A DNA stretch of 64,000 bases, from positions 515,344,001 to 515,408,000 of the forward strand of contig NC_067399.1 of the NCBI RefSeq assembly GCF_016432865.1, written 5' to 3'. Of the stretch, positions 1 to 11,090 are shown in pieces (position 1 is the stretch's first letter; each line of letters begins with the position of its first letter). The stretch is from Antechinus flavipes. Taxonomy: Eukaryota. A program made the position numbers and the translations under genes. The notes beneath the pieces were generated by a model. It saw only the letters and a program-made list of their open reading frames with translations, did not search any database and was not told the origin of the DNA.

Positions 1-426
1 TTGGGTTAAGAGGGGCTGAGCAGAGGAGTGGGGAAGGCGTCAAATCTCCTATGACGTGGGAGTCAAGCTGGGAGAGACAGGATTCGGGTCCTCAGAGGGG
101 AGCACACGTCTCTTGGGCTGGGGAGATGCCCCAAAGTTAGGCGGTGGGGTGGCAGGAAGGGCGAAGGAGAGAACGCCTGGGTTCTAGGAAAGGGAAGAGT
201 GAGACGCGGGAAACGTGGAGGCTGTGGGCAAGGTTGGTGCTACGGGCCGAAGTTCCAAAAGGTGGGAGACCCCTGAGTTCCAAGAGAGAAGTGCTCCAAG
301 GATGGGAAGGGTGGCACTGTGGCAGGAGAATGAGCGGCACCGGGGGAGACGCTGGTCCAATCCTGGCACTCCTGATCTCTACCCTTCAGTCCCCATTTTT
401 TTCTACTCCCCCTCCCCTCTCCCAGG

Positions 427-1506
427 ATGAAGCTGTTCTGCCTCCAGCCCCCGGGCAATGAGACTCTTCTGAGCTCCCCGGCCTCGAGGGCCACGGGCAC
501 TGTGTTCTTGCTGCTGGCTGCCGTGCTAGGGCTGCCCGGCAATGGCTTCGTGGTGTGGAGCCTCGCGGGCTGGAGGCCGGCGCGGGGAAGGCCCCTGGCG
601 GCCACCCTGGTGCTGCATCTGGCCCTGGCCGACGGCGCGGTCCTGTTGCTCACCCCACTCTTCGTGGCTTTTCTGGTTGGCCAGGCGTGGCCCCTGGGCC
701 CCACGGGCTGCAAAGCGGTGTACTACGTGTGCGCGGTCAGCATGTACGCCAGCGTCCTGCTCACCGCCCTGCTGAGCCTGCAGCGCTGCCTGGCCGTCAC
801 CCGTCCCTTCCTGGCTCCCACTCTGCGCAGCCCGGCGTTGGCCCGACGATTGCTGCTCGGCGTCTGGGCAGCCGCTCTGCTCCTGGCGCTGCCCGCAGCC
901 ACCTACAGACACCTGTGGGGGGGGCGCGTGTGCCAGCTGTGCCACCCTTCTCCTGCTGCGGCCGCCGCCCACCTGGCCTTGGAGACCCTGACGGCTTTCG
1001 TGCTGCCCTTCGGCTTGGTGCTGGGCTGCTACGGAGTGACTCTGGCCCGGCTGCGGAGCGGGCGCTGGGGGGCCGGGCGCCAGGGCGTGCGCGCAGGCCG
1101 TCTCGTGAGTGCCATCGTGCTGGCTTTCGGCTTGCTCTGGGCCCCCTACCACGCTGTCAACTTGCTGCAGGCAGTGGCCGCCTTGGCCCCTTCCGATGGG
1201 TCTCTGGCGAGACTCGGGGGCGCAGGCCAGGCGGCCCGGGCCGGGACCACGGCTTTGGCTTTCTTCAGCTCCAGCGTCAACCCCATTCTCTACGTCTTTG
1301 CTGCCGGGGACCTTTTGCCCCGGGCTGGACCTCGATTCCTCACCCGAATCTTCGAAGGCTCGGGGGAGGCACGAGGGGAAGGTCGTTCCCGTGAAGGAAC
1401 GATGGAGCTGCGAGCCACCAGGCGCTTGGGAGGAGCAGGGCAGGATCAAGGGAATGGGGACCCCGGCGGTGGAGTCCAAGGGATAGGCTCAGATTGCAAA
1501 GGCTGA
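427..1506 (+). CDS. LTB4R2: Leukotriene B4 receptor 2 (BLT2), single coding exon, 359 aa
   Basis: ORF reads PPGNETLLS...GLPGNGFVVWSLAGWRPARGRPLAATLVLHLALADG...SLQRCLAV...PYHAVNLLQ...SSSVNPILY...GPRFLTRIFEGSGEARG, closely matching human BLT2 as recalled (QRC in place of DRY, N-terminal NET sequon). A polypyrimidine tract and AG acceptor end at 425, one base before the ATG, so the 5' UTR is spliced. Confidence 0.98.
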   Translation: MKLFCLQPPGNETLLSSPASRATGTVFLLLAAVLGLPGNGFVVWSLAGWRPARGRPLAATLVLHLALADGAVLLLTPLFVAFLVGQAWPLGPTGCKAVYYVCAVSMYASVLLTALLSLQRCLAVTRPFLAPTLRSPALARRLLLGVWAAALLLALPAATYRHLWGGRVCQLCHPSPAAAAAHLALETLTAFVLPFGLVLGCYGVTLARLRSGRWGAGRQGVRAGRLVSAIVLAFGLLWAPYHAVNLLQAVAALAPSDGSLARLGGAGQAARAGTTALAFFSSSVNPILYVFAAGDLLPRAGPRFLTRIFEGSGEARGEGRSREGTMELRATRRLGGAGQDQGNGDPGGGVQGIGSDCKG

Positions 1507-2680
1507 AGTTGCATGCTTCCTTTCCCTCTATTTCTCCAACACTTCTTTCCCTATCAGCTCCCTATCTATGTTTGACCCCAGAATCCAGGGGTACTACCCC
1601 TCCTCCCTCCCCCCACACTCCTGCCCGACTCCTTACTGGCCCAGAGACTTGTGACAAGAAGTTTACTGTGCAGCCCTAAGGCGGGAGTCACTCCAGGCCC
1701 ACAGAACTCAGGGAGCAGGATTTATTGTGTTTGGCTTATTTTTATGTATGTGCCCAGCTACGCCGATCAATAGTGCCAGAGGAATCAGATTGTAAATACA
1801 GTGGATCCATTTACACATTATTCCTATTGTTTGTGTCTTCTTTCCGGCCAGCATAAAAATTCAAGGCTATTTTAGAGGTCTCTTTTCTCCTCCACAACTG
1901 TAAAGCTGGGGTTGGGTTATCTTAGTTTGGGGAATTCTCTCCTAAGAGCTGGGACTAGACAGCCATCTAGGGAGCAACATAGGGAGGTGCAAGATTATAT
2001 AAAATCGTTTTAGTACCCCCAAATTTTGCCCTGCCAGGTGACACATAGGGTATTCTTTTTTCATTAAATTGTTTTTCAAGTCAAGATCCACCCTTTCTCC
2101 TTTCCATTCTCTGCCTCCACCGTGGAGAAAACAAGAAAAACAAAATTCCCTATTACATAGACATTTATTTTGATTGATTACCCAAATGTGAATTGGTCTG
2201 TTACAATGATCCCAAAATGCTTCTCCCCACAGAAGCTCCTCCCTTTAATTCCAGTATTTGCCTAATCAAGTCAATTCAACATTTATTTAGGACCATTATG
2301 TTTAAGACTTTGTATTGTGTCTTCTCCCTTATTTAAACCATCCTCTTCTCAGCTTTCAAACTGATTTTCCCAAAGCACAGGTCTGACCATGTCTCTTGTT
2401 AATGCTCAGAAAAATCAAAATGACAAGTAATCCAAAAGTCAATGGAAAGAACACAGTTTATATTAACAAGTTGCAACATATTGCCAGCAATGATTTCTGT
2501 TGAAGAAATGGTAGGGATAAGTTAGGATTTTTATAATTTGGAAAAGAAATATACTAGTCGTATCTCATACACACACAGAGACAGTAGATGGATAGCCCAA
2601 GTGTTATATTGGTTCCCTGTGATGCTAAAAGAATCTGAGGAAGGTTTTCAAAAATGGTGAACTTCTAAGAGGAGATTTCT

Positions 2681-2793
2681 TTTTTTTTACTGAGGCAATT
2701 GGAGTTAAGTGACTTGCCCAGGGTCACATATCTAGGAAGTGTTAAGTGTCCTCCTGACTGGTACTTTATCCACTGGGACACCTAGGTGCCCCC
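2681..2793 (-). mobile_element. WSINE1-like marsupial SINE with 16-bp target-site duplication
   Basis: Reverse complement reads ggggcacctaggtgtcccagtggataaagtaccagtcaggaggacacttaacacttcctag...gggcaagtcacttaactccaattgcctcagt(A)8. Flanked by ctaagaggagatttct at 2665-2680 and 2794-2809. Confidence 0.8.
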
Positions 2794-3144
2794 CTAAGAG
2801 GAGATTTCTAGAAAAGTATAAACAAGACTCATACAGGAAGGAAGTTTGTGATCTCTGTGGATAAAGGAATAAAGTGGTGGATCTATCAAAGGACATTGGA
2901 TTACTTGTTACAAAGTAAATTGAAAGTATTGGGGCCATGTCATAAGAAAGTAATTTTAAAGTGTTAATTTAGGGTGTACAAAATAGATTTGTTCTGATTC
3001 AGAAGAAAAGCTTCTAATTCCCTCCTTAACCTGACACTGTCCTTTTTCCAGACCCCTGCAAATATCCATGTATCTGGCATCCAACAGGGCTAGAACCAAG
3101 AGACAAAATATCATGCCATTGAAATAAGGATGAAAGCAGGCTGG

Positions 3145-3159
3145 GATGATGACGATGAC

Positions 3160-3196
<37 letters not shown>

Positions 3197-3219
3197 TGTG
3201 TGTCTGTGTGTGTGTGTGT
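3145..3219. repeat. Compound microsatellite (GAT/GAC)17 + (GT)n
   Basis: Read directly from the sequence. Confidence 0.95.
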
Positions 3220-3750
3220 TTTGCCAGGATTTGGAAGGAGAGGACCTAAGTAGTAAAGAGATTAGATGTGACATAGCAAGGAACAAAGGGTGAAGTGGCT
3301 CTCATGTCTTCACCAAAATAAGATGTGGGATCTGTTTAAAGACAGCAAATGCTGCTTCCTTTCCTGGAATTTTCCTTCCCTCTTCTTAAGCTTTTCTTGC
3401 TATTCTTTCTCACTTGTCATCCATAGACCTACTATATCTGCTTTTCTCAAACTTATGGAAACCAAGTGCCATTCTGCTATGAATTCAACCAGATTATTGG
3501 GTTCTGTAGAAAATACTTTGAATAAATGTGATTTTGTTTAATTATTAGTTATCTTTGCTTAATAATTTTGCTCCATCTAATTTGGTTGGGAACTTCCATT
3601 TAAACTCAAGTCCCATAAAGCTTGAAAAAGCAAAGCTCCTAATTGGGGCTCAAAAAGAATAGTTTTAAAGTAATGGTATTGTGGTGAGAATGTCTGCCTT
3701 TAAAACAATTGACTCAGTTTCTATTTCTGGCCAATGAAATTAAACTCTAG

Positions 3751-3955
3751 GGTGTTATGTGGTACAGGCCTGGATAGAACGCCAGGCCTGGAGTTGGAAA
3801 AATTCATCTTCTTGAGTTCAAATATGATCTCAGACACTTAGCTGTGTGCAAGTTACAACTCTGTTTACCTCAGTTTCTGATCTGTAAAGTGAGCTGGCTT
3901 AGGAAAAGGCAAACCATTCCAGTATCTTGCCAAGAAAACCCCCAAAATGAGCCAA
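3751..3955 (+). mobile_element. Mar1/MIR-type CORE-SINE
   Basis: tRNA-like head (gagttcaaat B-box), CORE (cctcagtttc...ctgtaaa) and tail ggcaaaccattccagtatcttgccaagaaaacccc. Confidence 0.65.
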
Positions 3956-4526
3956 TGAAGAATCAGATATGATTGAAAAATGATTTAACTTCCTTATGTT
4001 ACAGGAACTGTGCTAAGAGCTGGAACTTGAGTAATTAGTAAAAGATTAGGGTTTTATTACCAAGAAATGGGGAGGAATGCCATCTTTTCTCTGGTGCAGG
4101 GAAGGCATAGTACCACCTTTGGTTCAAACAAAAGTTAGGCATATCCATTCATGTACCATAGAGATCTCAGTATATTTCTTTCAATTTACCTTTAGAAGCT
4201 TGAACTGCTGCTGTCCCCCTTTGGACACTTCCTGGCTTCTTGAAATAACCGCATTCCTATGAGGATCTTCTTTATTCTTTGAAATTCTCTTTCCTGGAGA
4301 AATTATTCTGTGCTGTAGACACATGGTATCACAGAATTGAAGTCTTAGACTCTTCAATTAGGCCCATACTTGAGTCATGGAGTCTTGTGGAAAATGGAGT
4401 CCTTTCTTCTTGCATCTTCCTAGAATGAGATATACTTGTGCACCTACCAAGATAAAGCGTGGAGGGGAAAAGGAGGAAGAGAGAAATTTGTTGTCTACAC
4501 TTGTGTCTATCTACATGACCAGCAAT

Positions 4527-4528
<2 letters not shown>

Positions 4529-4565
<37 letters not shown>

Positions 4566-4582
4566 ACACACACACACATACA
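4529..4582. repeat. (CA)n microsatellite
   Basis: Read directly; two TA interruptions. Confidence 0.95.
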
Positions 4583-5879
4583 CATGAATATATAGACTCT
4601 AGCATCTTCCCTCTCACATCAACCTCTGTGATACTCCTTGCCTAAAATTTGGCAGAGGTAAAGGAGAAAACCCAAACAATTTTAGCATGCTATGGATGTC
4701 TATGTAACATTAAAAAATCATGACACATGAATTGTTCAGATGCTTAGGCTGGAATATGGTGCTGTAAAACACTGAGATGAAAGGAGATGGATATTTTGTG
4801 CCTATTTCTTATTGGTGAGAAGGAAAGAAGAGTTGAAAGGGAATATATGAGGGATTTTTTTTTAGACTTAATATCTGTGTGATAGTCACCAATCTGTGGA
4901 TTGGTTTTTCTTCTATTAGTAAAATGAGAGAGTTGGGACAGATGACTTCTAATTCTCTTTACATCTCTTAATCCTGTAATCTTATGAAAACTATCATTGA
5001 CTGGTTTTTTAGAAGCAATTTGGTTCTGGGTGAAGTGGTTTCTTTCCCAGCCCAGATAAGTGGGGTTCAACTATTGTTCAAGATTTTGAAACAAAGATTT
5101 AACACACTTCCACTCTCACATTCTACGTCTCCCATACTGCATCTCTTCAGTGTTTGAAAAATTTCACTTCAGAACTCAATCCTTGTGGTTTCAGCCCAAA
5201 ACCTTTCTTCATATCCTTTGCGTGACTGTTATTTGGTCATTTTACCCCCATCCCTCCAGTAAAACAACAGAGTTGGGGGAGGGTAAAATTACCCAGTAAT
5301 CTTCTTTACTTCCTGCATCTTTTCAGAGAATGAAACAAGAGGAAGTGAGTTGCTGAGACTATAGCAGGAAGGATCATGGTCAGATAAAAGAAAGTTCTCA
5401 CATAAAATAACCTCTGGGACAAAGGAACAACTGCACAGGGAAGCACTTCAAATGAAGGAGACTCCCTTTCATTCTGATAGTCACCCTACCTTGATGCAAA
5501 GGTAGGGACAAAGTAGCATTTGATGGTATGTCTTACCCAGAATGCTTTTTGAGATACTTTCCATCTTTTTGTCCTTGTAATAATAATAACATTTTGTGGG
5601 ACTTTAAAGTTACCAAAGTACTTTGCAAACATCATCTCATCCTCACAATAGCCCTGAAACATAGGTGCTGTTATTAGCTTCATTTTATAGATGAGGAAAC
5701 TGACGATAAATGAAATTAAGTGCCTCACCCAGGGTTATACAGCTTACACAATAACTGTTGGGGGCTGGATTTGAATTCAGGTCTTCCTGACTCTAAGTCT
5801 AGCACTATGCCATCTAACTGCCTTTGGTCTGATTGGCCAATTCCACCTTTCCTCTTGTCAGTTGGGTTTCAGGCTCAAC

Positions 5880-6525
5880 TTTTTTTTCTCTTTATTTAAT
5901 AGTATTTTTTTTTTTTTTTACAATTACATGTAAAGATAGTTTTCAACATTCACTTTTATAAGAATTTAAGTTCCAAATTTTTCTATTGTTCTCCCTCTCT
6001 CCCTTCTCACCCCACTTCTCAAAACAACAAGCAATCTATTGTAGGTTAAACACGTATAATGACATTAATCTTATTTCCTCATTACACATGTTGTAAAAGA
6101 AGAGTCAAGACAAAAAGGAAAAAGGAAAAAAAAAGTTTAAAAAGTGAAAATACTGTGCTTTGATCTGCATTCAGATTCCATAGTTCTTTCGCTAGATGTG
6201 GATGGCATTTTCCATCATAGTCCCTCAGAACTGTCTTGGATCGTTGTATTATTGCAAATTTATCATAGCTGATCGTCACAATGTTGCTGTTACTGCGTAT
6301 GAACATTGTATACTTCTGGTTCTGCTCACTTTCCTCAGCATCAATTTTTGTAAGTCTCTTCAGGTTTTTCTGACATAATTTCTTACAGCACATCTGAATT
6401 TTCTGAAATCGTCCTGCTCATTTCTTATTGCACCACACTATTCCATTATATTCATATGCCACAACTTGCACCATTCCCCAATTGATAGGCATTTGCTCAA
6501 TTTCCAATTCTTCACCACAATGAAG
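5880..6525 (-). mobile_element. Old L1 3' end fragment
   Basis: Poly-T start followed by L1 3' antisense text (ttctgctcactt...cagcatca, ccattccccaattgataggcattt...tttccaattc). Confidence 0.6.
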
Positions 6526-8543
6526 AGAATCTCAACTCTTCTTAATAAAGAACCTACTTAAGCTCCTACTCAAAGTCAAAACCTCTTTCATTTTCTCTGT
6601 GGGGCAGATCAGTGTGGAAGAATCCAGAAGACTGTCAAATTGGTGGAGTTAATAATTTTTATATAATGTGCCTTCATTACAATAATTCTGTGAGGTAAGG
6701 AATATATATATCTCATTACCTTTTATAGCTCAGAGAGGTTAGACAAATTACCTATAGCTAGGTATTGTCAGAACAAGGACTTGAACCCAGGACTTCTGAA
6801 ACCAATGCCAATCCTCTTTCTGTTATGCTATGTTACTCCCTAGTTTTATACCCCTTAGCTAATCCCCAGATTCTATATCTACAATTTTGAGAATGTATAT
6901 ACTTGCACATCAGCTTTAAGGACAAATGATGGGGACTGGAGGGCAAATGAGAATTCTGATCCAAACTCAGGAAAGTAAATTGGAGCTATTATCTCCTGAG
7001 GGAAGATGGACTGGCTTTCAGATGAATCTTAGTTTGTTTTGGTCTGGGAGCCTCCTTCCACCTACATTGTAAACAGGAATGGATCTAAATCCAGGGATTG
7101 CCTTAAAATCAACAAATCCTTTGGATCTCAACCTAATGGGCTGAAGAGGGGAAAGTTTCTGGGTTTTCTCAGCCTTGTCCTTGGCTGACTTGGAAATTTT
7201 AAATGAATGAACTGAACTAGATTATGTCTAATATTCACTCTAGCTTGAATTTTATGCTGATATGGGGATGACAAAATGGAGATCAGAAAGGAAGGATGGA
7301 AAACACTTAAACTGGGGAAGGGAAAGGGAGATAAGATTCATCTCTCTAAGTAGCTCCCACTAGCCATATTAATAAAAAAATCAAAATCTAATACTGTCCT
7401 AAGGAAACCATGCTTTCCACACTTGACTCATCCTCTTACTATTTCCCAGATACCAATCATAGATGAGTTCAGACATGCTCCTTAAAGCTGAACCTCTACC
7501 TGCCCTCCCCTTTCCCTATTTCTCATTTCCCATCACATCTGGCCCCACCCTCCCTGACTTCTCTTCCCTCCTTACTTGCGTATTTGGGGCACAATGGTCT
7601 ATTTCTTGCTTGGAGGTGGGAAATAGCATTAAGCACCACCCTCTTAGAAGAGTTTTTCTCTCATCCTCCTCCTGCCCCCTCCCCCTTCTCCACCCTTACT
7701 GCCCCAACACTTCCTTCCCCACTGACTGACAAGACAGTAGCACCCAAACCCCAGGCCTGCCAGGCCTCCAACTTTTGGAAAAGAAGGTAAGTCCAAAACA
7801 GTGGGTGGGGATAAAGAAAACAAAGTCTAATCCATAAGTGAGAGAGGACTTAAAATGAGAAATATTTGGATTTATTCAGTGCCCCAGCCTCCCCACACTG
7901 GTAGCATCTCAGATATTCTAGGGAAAATTTGGGGAAGAGGGATGTAGAGAAAATGGGGTGAGAGATAATCAGAGAACCAGGAGTGAGGGGAACTGAGAGG
8001 GTAGCGTGGTGGAAGAATTGGACCATCAGCTCCAAGGGTACAGTTATTCCTGTAGGAAAGAGATATAAAAGGAGATAGGAGAATGGGGGAATTGATAACG
8101 AGACAGGGTTGGCGAAGAGGAAACTCCATTTTACCCTGAGACAACCTCTTTCTGAAAGGAAGAAGGATTATAGAGGTGTAGAAATGCAACCACTGCAAAT
8201 TTAGCAATTTGATTCTGTGGGCAGGAAATGCTATGGCCCAGTTAGGAAATTGGTCCATTTCTCTCCTAAAGTAGCTAACTGGTGGGGTGGGGATGGGTGG
8301 AGTAGGGTAGGACAATCCCTGTAAAGCAGGCTTGGATACTAGAACCGGACAGAATTCCAAAGTTTGTGCCTCCTAGTACAGAAGACTTCCCAAAGTTTAG
8401 GGAAAGCCTGTAAGGTACTGAGTCCTTGGCACCTTCTGGGGTAGGTGCACCCCAGACAAAGGTGAAGGCTGACAGAGGGTTCTCCCTTTGTCCTATGTCT
8501 AGTCCTCCCTATCTTTCCTTAACTCTTCATCCAGGTCTTCCCA

Positions 8544-9593
8544 ATGGCCACCAACATCACAGCCCCTGATGCAAATTCATCCAATATAATGTTCATCACG
8601 TCCCTGTCCATCATACTGCTCTCAGTGGCCCTGGCATTGGGACTTCCAGGAAACAGCTTTGTGGTGTGGAGTATCCTGGTCCAAATGCGACGTCGCTCTG
8701 TCACTGCCCTTTTGGTCCTGAACCTGGCACTGGCTGATCTGGCGGTGCTGCTTACTGCGCCCTTCTTCCTCCACTTCCTGGCCAAGGGAACCTGGTCCTT
8801 TGGTCTGGCCGGGTGCCGCCTCTGCCACTACACCTGTGGAGTCAGCATGTACGCCAGTGTCCTTCTCATCACAGCCATGAGCCTCGACCGCTCCCTGGCT
8901 GTGGCTCGCCCTTTCATTTCTCAGAAATTCCGAACCAAGGCAGTTGTCTGGAAAGTCTTGGGGGGCATCTGGGTGGTTTCTTTCTTTCTGGCGGTACCTG
9001 TTATTGTGTACCGACAAGTGGTACATAAAGAGCCAGATAGAGAGATCTGTGCTCCCATTTACTCCACTCTCGGCCATGTGGCCTTTCACTTGCTGTTTGA
9101 GTCCATCACAGGCTTTGTGCTGCCCTTTATAGCCATTGTTGGCAGCTACTCAGACATCGGTCGGCGGCTTCGAGCCACCAGATTCCACCGGAGACGCCGC
9201 ACCGGACGCCTGGTGGTGTTGATCATTTTGACTTTTACTGCTTTCTGGCTGCCTTACCATGTTGTGAACTTTGGAGAGGCTTCCAGGGCCCTGGGTGGGT
9301 ATAAAATAGGGGAGGGCTCTGTAGGACAGCGGCTGATGTTGGCCCGCTATGTCCTTATTGCCTTAGCCTTCCTGAGTAGCAGTCTGAACCCTCTCCTGTA
9401 TGCTTGTGCTGGTGGTGGGCTACTCCGCTCAGCTGGGGTAGGCTTTGTAGTCAAGTTGCTTGAAGGCACTGGCTCAGAGTTATCCACCACCCGGAGGGGC
9501 ACCCAGGTTCAATCACCCTGTAACAACCCCAACAGTCCTCTGGAACCTAGCCCAGCAGAGACCGCCACTCTCTCCACCAATCCCAGTGACTGA
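8544..9593 (+). CDS. LTB4R: Leukotriene B4 receptor 1 (BLT1), single coding exon, 349 aa
   Basis: ORF reads GLPGNSFVVWSIL...LNLALADLAVLLTAPFFLHFLA...CRLCHY.CGVSMYASVLLITAMSLDRSLAVARPF...PYHVVN...SSSLNPLLY...GFVVKLLEGTGSE, the BLT1 signature. AG acceptor at 8533-8534, 9 nt before the ATG. Confidence 0.98.
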   Translation: MATNITAPDANSSNIMFITSLSIILLSVALALGLPGNSFVVWSILVQMRRRSVTALLVLNLALADLAVLLTAPFFLHFLAKGTWSFGLAGCRLCHYTCGVSMYASVLLITAMSLDRSLAVARPFISQKFRTKAVVWKVLGGIWVVSFFLAVPVIVYRQVVHKEPDREICAPIYSTLGHVAFHLLFESITGFVLPFIAIVGSYSDIGRRLRATRFHRRRRTGRLVVLIILTFTAFWLPYHVVNFGEASRALGGYKIGEGSVGQRLMLARYVLIALAFLSSSLNPLLYACAGGGLLRSAGVGFVVKLLEGTGSELSTTRRGTQVQSPCNNPNSPLEPSPAETATLSTNPSD

Positions 9594-11038
9594 ACTGCAG
9601 AGTAAGACCTGCGTGGTTGGGGCGGGCCTGTGCTGGGGTCAGCTTTCTTGTTCCCAGGGATGACAAGCAAAATGCTGTCTCATACAGCTCAGTCATTTCC
9701 CCCAGGGGACATGGAGTCAGAGGAAGCTCTCAGTTTGGACTGACAGTCTGTTTATATAGGAGATGAATTGACACAGGCTGTGGGATAACAGGAGAAGAAA
9801 TGGAAAAAAGATAAATGACAGAATAACCACATTCTGATCTGTCTCCTCATACAGTTTTTAAAATTAAAAACAAAAGTCTGAAAACATGTTTATTCATGAG
9901 GGATGCTCCATGGAGTGTTAACCGAGACAATCTAGACTTTTCCCCAGCAAACCTTGTTACTATGGACTGCTGAGACTGTGGGTAGAGAGGTGAGAATATT
10001 GAAAATTCTGGGGTTCTGAAGGAGCCATCTGATGACTACATAACTGGATTTGAGGATAACTCACTCTTCTAGTAAAAGAATGAGGGAAACTAGGCATCCT
10101 AGTAATGGGAGACATATACATAAGCTCACATGTACACATATACATGCTTATACTTACATATATGTATCACCTTGAACTAGGAAACCCATGTGTAGCAAGC
10201 CTTATAATACCAAATCATTCATAAGAAAATGAAGAAAGATGTTGCTATTGATTACATATGGGTATATGTGTGCATATATATGCCCATACATATTTTACCC
10301 ATCACAGCTGGCCCTTTCTGGAAGCCCTGCATAGCTGGAACAAAAAAGGCACATTTGTGACCTCCATCTAGAATAGCACCCATAGTGATTATCAGTAATT
10401 GTCAGATTTCCTGCTGATAATCACTTTAGTCCCACCCAGGAGGCAATTAGAATAATTAAGTATCCAACAAGTCAGCTTTCAAAGTTTCCTTTCATATCTA
10501 GTTTGAGGCAATTTCTGTTTTTAAATTATTCTGTTGATTCCCTAGGTGTGAACAGTGGCCTCAGAGACTCCTCAAACAAACCCTATACTTGTAAATTCAG
10601 AATGGAAAGTTTGATGGTGAGCCTTTGTCTAAATCTTCATCTGGGGCACTAATAGTTGGTTATGAAAGCAATTTTTTTCCTTTGGCATTGGTAAGAAAGT
10701 AGAGAGGAAGCATCTGCCATAGGGCCAAATGCCTGAAGTCAGAAAACAGAGCCACAAAGGGACTTTCCTGCTTAGCTGAACTGAGGAAGGCAAAGTATAT
10801 GCCTCCAAATAAAGCCCTTCTCCTTCCTAAGATACTGAATGAGGCAAGTTGGAATAGGCAAGGGAAGGAAACTTTGGCTCTCTTTTTCAGAAGCTGGGAA
10901 CTCCACCACCACTCCATCCCCCAAATCTATTACCTGTCTTTGGGAAGGAACCCCCATTTGTTCAGAGACAGAATGATGAATGGGGTGATGTCAGAAAGCA
11001 GCAATCAGTGCTAGTTACTCTAGATGAGGCAGTGTTGT

Positions 11039-11044
11039 TTTATT
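11039..11044 (-). terminator. Candidate ADCY4 polyadenylation signal AATAAA
   Basis: tttatt on the + strand, ~47 nt downstream of the ADCY4 stop codon. Confidence 0.55.
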
Positions 11045-11090
11045 TAGTATTTTAGAGGAGAAAGGACAGAGGGGAGTGGGAATATTTCAG

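Noticed and set aside
526-1479. 317-aa antisense ORF and 279-aa alternate-frame ORF (555-1394) over LTB4R2
   Set aside because: Shadow ORFs expected from very high GC and codon bias; low-complexity products with no recognisable domain.
3026-3286. Poly-His ORF on the - strand
   Set aside because: Produced by the (GAT)n(GT)n microsatellite.
8622-9089. 155-aa antisense ORF over LTB4R
   Set aside because: Shadow of the real coding strand; no recognisable motif.
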